Assembly (NCBI GenBank): GCA_022822305.1
Contig: JAJEBY010000013.1
Location: forward strand, 131,617 to 195,616
Length of the DNA stretch: 64,000 bases
Reading direction: 5' to 3'
Source of the DNA: Anaerolineae bacterium
GTDB lineage: Bacteria; Chloroflexota; Anaerolineae; Aggregatilineales; Phototrophicaceae
Both the position numbers and the translations under genes were made by a program. Under the pieces are notes generated by a model, which was given only the letters and a program-made list of their open reading frames with translations, was not told the origin of the DNA and made no database searches. Of the stretch, positions 58,618 through 64,000 are shown in pieces. Every line of letters begins with the position of its first letter. Positions within the stretch are counted from its first letter, which is position 1.

Positions 58618-59747
58618 CGCGGCTGCGGGACCAACCGGTAAATCGCGCCGCCATCTTCGCCCACGGCGCCGAAATAGATCGCGCCATCCGGACTGACGGT
58701 CACATCAATGCGGCAGCCGACATCCCCCAATGCCAGCGGCCGATCGAATACGGCGCGGTTGCGCCCTTCGTTCAAGCGCACATGATGCAGGATGCCGGTA
58801 TTCCAGCTGCAGAAGAATAGATCGCCCCGCCATTCCGGGATTGCGGCATGATCATAAAATGTGATGCCAACGGGCGCGATTGTCGGCGTGTAGCTGAGCA
58901 GCGGCGGCAAGTATGACCCGAGCCCGGTGACGTAGGTTCGGCCGACGCATTCATAGCCCTCGCGATAGCCGTAATTGAAGCCGGGCAAAATCAAGTTGAT
59001 TTCGTCATCGCAGTTGTCGCCGTTCTCCGTGGCGAAGAGGCGGCCGCTGACCGGATCGAAAGCGTAATCGAAGGGATTGCGCAGGCCGTAAGCGAAGATG
59101 CTGCTATCCGCGAAGGGATTGTCTTCGGGCGCGATGAGGCGGTCGCCATCCACGATGAAGCGATGAATCTTGCCGTGCGGGATCTCCAGGTTTTGCGGCC
59201 GGGCGGCATCTCCGTAGTCGCCGATGCCGACATAAAGATAGCCCTCGGCGTCAAACTGCAATCCACCGCCGTTATGCACAAGGAATCCGCTGTCGATGGG
59301 CACGGAAAGCATCTCAACCACATCTTGGGCACGGCCATCTTCCAGGCGGAAACGCAGCACCTTGTTCGCCGGGTACTCACGTTCCGTGCCCGCAGCCGTG
59401 TAATAGAGCCAGACCTGACTATTGGCGGCGAAATCGGGATCGAGCGTTATGCTTTGCATGCCGCGTTCTTGCAGGGCGTTGACGTCCAGTTGGATGACGG
59501 GAAAGAAGCGGCGGCTGCCATCGGCGCGCACCAGACGCACGGCGCCGGTGGATTTTTCGACATAAAGTAACTCGCCGTGAGGAGTAAAGGTCATGCCCAC
59601 GGGGAATTCAGCGTCAAGGAATTTCTCCACCCGATAACTGACGCCGTCATGGCTGGTGAAGCCCTCTTGCGCGCGGACGACTGCGCTGAGCAGCGCGCAC
59701 AGCAGCATCAGCGAAAGCATCGTTGATCGTAATCGGGAATTCCGCAT
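58614..59747 (-). CDS. PQQ-dependent sugar (glucose/sorbosone) dehydrogenase-like beta-propeller, secreted
   Basis: Signal MLSLMLLCALLSAVVRAQ; HNGGGLQFDAEGYLYVGIGD...GLRNPFDYAFDP...ENGDNCDDEIN pattern. Confidence 0.8.
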   Translation of the reverse strand: MRNSRLRSTMLSLMLLCALLSAVVRAQEGFTSHDGVSYRVEKFLDAEFPVGMTFTPHGELLYVEKSTGAVRLVRADGSRRFFPVIQLDVNALQERGMQSITLDPDFAANSQVWLYYTAAGTEREYPANKVLRFRLEDGRAQDVVEMLSVPIDSGFLVHNGGGLQFDAEGYLYVGIGDYGDAARPQNLEIPHGKIHRFIVDGDRLIAPEDNPFADSSIFAYGLRNPFDYAFDPVSGRLFATENGDNCDDEINLILPGFNYGYREGYECVGRTYVTGLGSYLPPLLSYTPTIAPVGITFYDHAAIPEWRGDLFFCSWNTGILHHVRLNEGRNRAVFDRPLALGDVGCRIDVTVSPDGAIYFGAVGEDGGAIYRLVPQPR

Positions 59748-59964
59748 GATTGATAATCTGGCTCGTCGACAAACTCCAACAGCATACCAGCAATCCGAAG
59801 CTGACAACATACTGCCTGTTAGTCGCGGGTATAAGCGGATAAGGGCTCAAGCGGCTGTATCGAGCTTGTCAATGGCGATACAATGAAGAGGTGACCGATC
59901 TGGCAATCCGCCTGCGTCATCGACCGCCAGAAAAGCCAGCTTCGGAGAAACGGGATAACCGCTG

Positions 59965-60393
59965 ATGACCGAAGACAGACCCACAGAAAATATGGACCTC
60001 GACTTGATCCAGATGGTGCAGCAAGCCCGCATGCTGCATGACGAGAGCGCGCGCCCGTCGGACTACGCGGCGGTTTACTGGATCGAAGCCAAGCGTGAAT
60101 CCGGCGACTATCCGGCGCCTACCGCCAACGCCGGCGAATGGCGCATCCGCTTGACGATCGAGACGGTCGACGCCGTATGGGATGTGGTCAAGCGCGCGAC
60201 CGCGGCGGGTCGGCTCGGTTACAAATCCAAAGTGTCGACGCGCCCGGCGGCGGGGCAGGCTGATCCCGACGAGCGGCTGATTTGCGCCCGCACCTATGAC
60301 GCTGCGGATCAGAAGGATATTGAGCGGGTGAAGCGCGCGCTGCTAGACGCGGGGTTCACCGGGCTGGAGTACGTGGCAGACAAGTCCAGTTAG
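59965..60393 (+). CDS. Hypothetical protein (DUF1917-like, weak)
   Basis: 142-aa ORF; the segment GEWRIRL...VDAVWDVVKRATAAGRLGYKSKVST... is vaguely DUF1917-like from memory. Confidence 0.45.
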   Translation: MTEDRPTENMDLDLIQMVQQARMLHDESARPSDYAAVYWIEAKRESGDYPAPTANAGEWRIRLTIETVDAVWDVVKRATAAGRLGYKSKVSTRPAAGQADPDERLICARTYDAADQKDIERVKRALLDAGFTGLEYVADKSS

Positions 60394-60532
60394 CGGTCAA
60401 GCGAGTATTTTCGCATTCGATTGCGGATCTCGAAATTGATCGGCCAACTGATAACTAGCGCAGCGAAGATAGGCATGTAAGGCCTGTCCGATAATTCGCC
60501 TCGTCAGCGCTTTTTTCTACCCCATCCCCCGG

Positions 60533-60560
60533 CCCCTTCCCCAGCGAGCTAGGGAAGGGG
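60533..60560. repeat. G/C-rich hairpin motif ccccttccc-N10-gggaagggg (member of a small GGGAAGGGGAG motif family)
   Basis: Read directly from the sequence. The 11-mer gggaaggggag (60552-60562) recurs at 26047-26057, and ctggggaagggg (26044-26055) matches the reverse complement of 60533-60544. Confidence 0.8.
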
Positions 60561-60689
60561 AGCAATGTTACGCGGAATTGGTGTTGAATCTATCATTTTC
60601 GCGCTGAACGAGTCTGTTTGTTTCGTCTTTCGCAGGAAGACTTGAGCCAATTGCGGGTGAAACTGCATTATCGGACCAGCCTCGTAGGG

Positions 60690-60706
60690 GCGACCCGGCG
60701 GGTCGC
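60690..60706 (-). terminator. Short GC stem-loop (gcgaccc-ggc-gggtcgc) 24 nt downstream of the metY-like stop
   Basis: 7-bp perfect stem read directly from the sequence; no U-tract. Confidence 0.3.
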
Positions 60707-60729
60707 ACGCAAATGTTAAGGCCTTGGGT

Positions 60730-62004
60730 TTATCTGGCCGCCGCCAGCGCCTGCTCGAGATCTTCGATGATGTCGTCGATGTGTTCAATGCCGATGCAGA
60801 GCCGGATCGTTTCCGGCGTGACCCCGGCCGTCACTTGCTCTTCAGGCGTGAGTTGACGGTGCGTGGTGGAGGCCGGATGCGCCGCCAGCGACTTGGCATC
60901 GCCGATATTCACCAGGCGTTTGAAGATTTTCAGCGCATCGTAGAATTTCACGCCGGCCTCGAAGCCGCCTTTGATGCCGAAGGTCAAAAGCGCAGAGGGG
61001 CGCCCGCCGGTGTATTTCTGCGCCAGTTCGAAATAGGGCGAACTTTCCAATCCAGCATAAGTGACCCACTCGACCTGCGCGTGGCTTTCAAGATATTTGG
61101 CGACGGCCATGGCGTTGTCCACATGTCGCTCCATGCGCAGCGAGAGTGTCTGCAAGCCCTGTAGCACCAGGAAGGCGTTGAAGGGGCTCAAGGCGGAACC
61201 CGTGTTGCGCAAGGCGACGACGCGGGCGCGGGCAATATAGGCGGCCGGGCCCATGGCATCGGTGAAGACTACTCCGTGGTAACTCGGCTCCGGTGTGCTG
61301 AACATGTAGAAGCGCTCGGCATGTTTCGCCCAGTCAAATATCCCGCCATCGACCAGGATGCCGGCGATGCTGTTGCCGTGACCGCCCATATACTTGGTCA
61401 TCGAATGCAGCACGATATCGCAGCCGTGCTCGACCGGGCGGCAGAGCGCCGGGCTGGGAACGGTATTGTCCACGATGACGGGCACGCCGTGCGCGTGCGC
61501 CATATCGGCGATGGCCTCCAAATCGGGAATGTTGCCGGCCGGGTTGCCAATCGACTCACAGAAGACGGCAGAGGTTTTGTCGTCTATCAGTTTCGCCAAG
61601 GCGTCCGGACTGTCATCATCGGCGAAGCGCACATCAATGCCGAGCTTGGGCAGCATGTGCCTGAACAGCGTCCAGGTCCCGCCATAGAGTTGTGGCACGG
61701 AGACGATATTGTCGCCGACCTCGGCCAGATTGACGATGGAATAATTGATCGCGGCTTGCCCGGATGATAGCGCCAGCGCGGCGACCCCGCCTTCCATAGC
61801 CGCCACCCGCTCTTCCAGCACGCCGTTGGTCGGGTTCATGATGCGGGTGTAGATATTGCCTGGCACGGCCAGATTGAACAGATCCGCGCCGTGCTGGGCA
61901 TTGTCAAATTCGTAGGCGACCGTTTGGTAGATCGGCACGGCAACCGCGTGCGTGGTCGGGTCGCTTTCGTAACCCGCATGGATAGCCTTTGTTTCGAGTT
62001 TCAT
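60730..62004 (-). CDS. metY: O-acetylhomoserine/O-acetylserine sulfhydrylase (PLP-dependent, Cys/Met metabolism family)
   Basis: MKLETKAIHAGYESDPTTHAVAVPIYQTVAYEF..., PLP-lysine context HSMTKYMGGHGNS, C-terminal RLCIGIEHIDDIIEDLEQAL. Confidence 0.88.
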   Translation of the reverse strand: MKLETKAIHAGYESDPTTHAVAVPIYQTVAYEFDNAQHGADLFNLAVPGNIYTRIMNPTNGVLEERVAAMEGGVAALALSSGQAAINYSIVNLAEVGDNIVSVPQLYGGTWTLFRHMLPKLGIDVRFADDDSPDALAKLIDDKTSAVFCESIGNPAGNIPDLEAIADMAHAHGVPVIVDNTVPSPALCRPVEHGCDIVLHSMTKYMGGHGNSIAGILVDGGIFDWAKHAERFYMFSTPEPSYHGVVFTDAMGPAAYIARARVVALRNTGSALSPFNAFLVLQGLQTLSLRMERHVDNAMAVAKYLESHAQVEWVTYAGLESSPYFELAQKYTGGRPSALLTFGIKGGFEAGVKFYDALKIFKRLVNIGDAKSLAAHPASTTHRQLTPEEQVTAGVTPETIRLCIGIEHIDDIIEDLEQALAAAR

Positions 62005-62051
62005 GTTTGCCTCCGTCGTCTATGGATGTTTGGCGATCTAAACTACTTTAG

Positions 62052-62080
62052 TGTATATCACACGTGCATAAGAGGGACAA
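62052..62080 (-). promoter_or_regulatory. Candidate promoter for the metY-like gene (TTGTCC-N17-TATACA on the minus strand)
   Basis: Plus-strand tgtata at 62052-62057 and ggacaa at 62075-62080. A GGAGG Shine-Dalgarno precedes ATG 62004. Confidence 0.3.
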
Positions 62081-62093
62081 TTGACCCAAATGC

Positions 62094-63005
62094 TTATATT
62101 GCTGGCTTGCCTTTCCAGCGCGCCTTGCCCTGCTCGATAGTCGCCATCACCACGCCATAAATTACCAGCGCGCTGCCAATGACCTGCAACAGCGACGGGA
62201 CTTCGCCGAAGGTGAAAAACGCGATCACCGCGCTGACGACCACGCCCATCTGCAAGACGATGGACATGGTTGTTGCCGTGACAAATTGCAGCGCCAGATT
62301 CATCGAGATATGCCCCAGCACCTGCGCCAATACAGCCACGACTGTCGCCCACAGGTAGCTCTCCGCAGAGTAACCGGAAATCGGTATCTTGGTGACGGCG
62401 ATGTAAGCCGCAGTCACCAGCGCGGCGAGAAAAAAGACGATGAAGCTATAGAGCACCGGTGGCATAGTATTGTTAAGCTGACGGCCGATCAGCAAATAGA
62501 TGCCGAAACAGAGTGAGCCGAAGATGGCGATGCCGGCGCCAAGCAGGGGATCGCTGCCGCCTTCAATCGCTGTCAATCCACCAACACCAACCAGCACGAC
62601 GCCGACGATGCTGACTGCCAGGCTCAGCCAGAAGCGCCGCGAGAAGATAACGCCGAACAAGATGATCTCCGGCAAGATGATCCAGATCGGGGTGGTGCGG
62701 CGCAAGACGCTGGTGACCAGCACGCTGGTGTATTCCAGCGCCATCAGCAGCATCAGCAGATTAACCGCCAGCCAGAAGCCGGCAATGCCGGATAGCAACC
62801 ATTGCCTCGGCGTCAATCGCAACAGATCGTCACGGTAGCGCGTCCAGATCAAGGGGATCATCGCCAGCGAGATCAGCCAGAGGCGGATGAGCACGATGAC
62901 GGCCGACGGCATGCCTTCGCCCTGAGTGATGCGAATCGCGATCGGCGTGACGCCGGCCGAGAAGACGATCGTGACGATGATCAGCAATCCGCGCCGGTTC
63001 GGCAT
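62094..63005 (-). CDS. EamA/DMT-family transporter
   Basis: 10-TM pattern with two EamA-like halves. Confidence 0.82.
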   Translation of the reverse strand: MPNRRGLLIIVTIVFSAGVTPIAIRITQGEGMPSAVIVLIRLWLISLAMIPLIWTRYRDDLLRLTPRQWLLSGIAGFWLAVNLLMLLMALEYTSVLVTSVLRRTTPIWIILPEIILFGVIFSRRFWLSLAVSIVGVVLVGVGGLTAIEGGSDPLLGAGIAIFGSLCFGIYLLIGRQLNNTMPPVLYSFIVFFLAALVTAAYIAVTKIPISGYSAESYLWATVVAVLAQVLGHISMNLALQFVTATTMSIVLQMGVVVSAVIAFFTFGEVPSLLQVIGSALVIYGVVMATIEQGKARWKGKPAI

Positions 63006-63175
63006 GTTGGCCAGCCATTTGAGCCCTGGATAATCGCGTCATGCTAACACAGCGGTCTGGCACTGCCTAGTCTGCCGCGGATGCCGCAAAGTTTGACAGC
63101 GTCTGGCGACATAAGTAAAATCTCGTGCATTCGTAATCCGTCATCGTGACGGTTGATCCAATTTAGGGAGCAAAG

Positions 63176-63820
63176 ATGGCGAGAGCCGTGAGCGACACGC
63201 GACAACTAACGGCGCTGAAAGAAGAGTTGATTGCCGGCGCGGCCCAGGTGGCGAGTATCGGGTTGGTGCCGCTGACGCAGGGCAACCTCAGCCTGCGCGA
63301 TCCGCAGAGCGGCCACGTGCTGATCACCCCGCACGATTACCCCTACGATGAGTTGACGACTGACGATGTTGTGGTGCTTGATCTCGCGGGAAATGTCGTC
63401 GATGGCTTCCGCGAGCCCTCGCACGAATCGCCGGTGCATCTGGCCGTCTATGAACGACGTCCGGAAGTGGTCGCGATCGTGCATGCCGAGCCGATTTATA
63501 CCAATGTCTTCGGCGTCTTGCACAAGCCTATCGCGCCCCTGCATGTCAATACCTTGATTGATGTCGGCGGCGCAGTGCCGGTCATGCCCTTCGCGCCCAG
63601 CGGATCGCGCCAGTTCGGCTACGACATGCTGGAAGTCATGGGCGACAAGCGCGCGGTCGTCTGGGCCAATCACGGCATGCTGGCGGTCGGCGATAGTCTG
63701 AGCAAGGCGATCCACTGCACCGTCATGGTTGAGATTTCGGCGCAGCTGTATCATATGGCGCTGCAGCACGGGCAGCCGCATCTGATTCCGGATGAATTCA
63801 GCGACCAACTGGTTGGATAA
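63176..63820 (+). CDS. Class II aldolase/adducin-family protein (L-fuculose-phosphate-aldolase-like)
   Basis: GNLSLRD..., SHESPVHLAVY, VHAEPIYTNVF, NHGMLAVGDSL motifs. Confidence 0.85.
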   Translation: MARAVSDTRQLTALKEELIAGAAQVASIGLVPLTQGNLSLRDPQSGHVLITPHDYPYDELTTDDVVVLDLAGNVVDGFREPSHESPVHLAVYERRPEVVAIVHAEPIYTNVFGVLHKPIAPLHVNTLIDVGGAVPVMPFAPSGSRQFGYDMLEVMGDKRAVVWANHGMLAVGDSLSKAIHCTVMVEISAQLYHMALQHGQPHLIPDEFSDQLVG

Positions 63821-63931
63821 ACTGTGAATTCGGATCGCCTGGGCGGCTGAAAGGAGGCCATCAGCGACAAGGATTTCTACAATAGCGTTAGCTCACCAAC
63901 TGCAAATTAAGTTAGTTAAGGAGACAAGAAG

Positions 63932-64000
63932 ATGTACAAAAGAGTACTGCTCGTGCTACTGATCGTCGCGATTAGCGCGCCGATTTTCGCGCAAGACGAA
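63932..64000 (+). CDS. 5' end of a secreted protein gene (signal peptide only; continues past the right edge)
   Basis: ATG 63932 lies after AAGGAGA. Hand translation MYKRVLLVLLIVAISAPIFAQDE looks like a signal peptide. Confidence 0.4.
   Translation, partial: MYKRVLLVLLIVAISAPIFAQDE

Noticed and set aside
62005-62093. Possible SAM riboswitch upstream of the metY-like gene
   Set aside because: Only 89 nt separate the ATG from the preceding gene's stop, and most of that is taken by a plausible promoter and Shine-Dalgarno. That is too short for a SAM-I type aptamer plus expression platform, and I saw no conserved helices.
63206-63808. 200-aa minus-strand ORF antisense to the class II aldolase gene
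   Set aside because: Shadow ORF with no motif.
1-64000. Search by eye for rRNA, tRNA, CRISPR arrays, IS elements, integrases and prophage genes
   Set aside because: No cloverleaf-compatible intergenic segments, no regularly spaced direct repeats, and no transposase, recombinase or phage-structural motifs in any supplied ORF. A tRNAscan/Infernal/ISfinder run would be needed to exclude small or degenerate elements.

Overview
High-GC (hand-counted lines about 60-65% G+C) bacterial chromosomal segment, densely packed with about 65 protein-coding genes on both strands. Most are housekeeping or envelope genes: gatC, trmD, rpsD, cysS, pcm, rlmB-like, pepF-like, metY-like, a thiolase/CoA-transferase operon, enoyl-CoA hydratase, glycosyltransferases, LCP, VanW, an S8 protease, a sigma factor and transporters. 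I saw no rRNA, tRNA, CRISPR array, transposase or integrase. The gene repertoire loosely recalls Chloroflexota, but I cannot verify this. The main find is a visibly AT-rich accessory islet at about 21.38-24.09 kb, between a ycaQ-like gene and a fetB-like permease gene. It holds (i) a tightly coupled pair of an ABC/AAA_21-type ATPase and a PIN-like protein, which has the ATPase-plus-nuclease layout of Septu/PARIS/Gabija-type defence modules but with a different putative effector. It also holds (ii) a DUF433/DUF5615 toxin-antitoxin-like pair. That pair is bracketed by a dead and a live copy of the fetB 3' end, which looks like an insertion scar. A second AT-rich patch (8.2-10.2 kb) carries two TetR paralogs, one broken by a 1-nt frameshift in an A-run. 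Other oddities are a Fur-family gene translationally coupled to an acetoacetate-type operon, a divergent kinase-like / sulfotransferase-like / degenerate metallophosphoesterase-like cluster, a G-rich palindromic motif family, and a 640-bp AT-rich intergenic region. All functional calls come from reading motifs in the supplied translations; no database search was possible.
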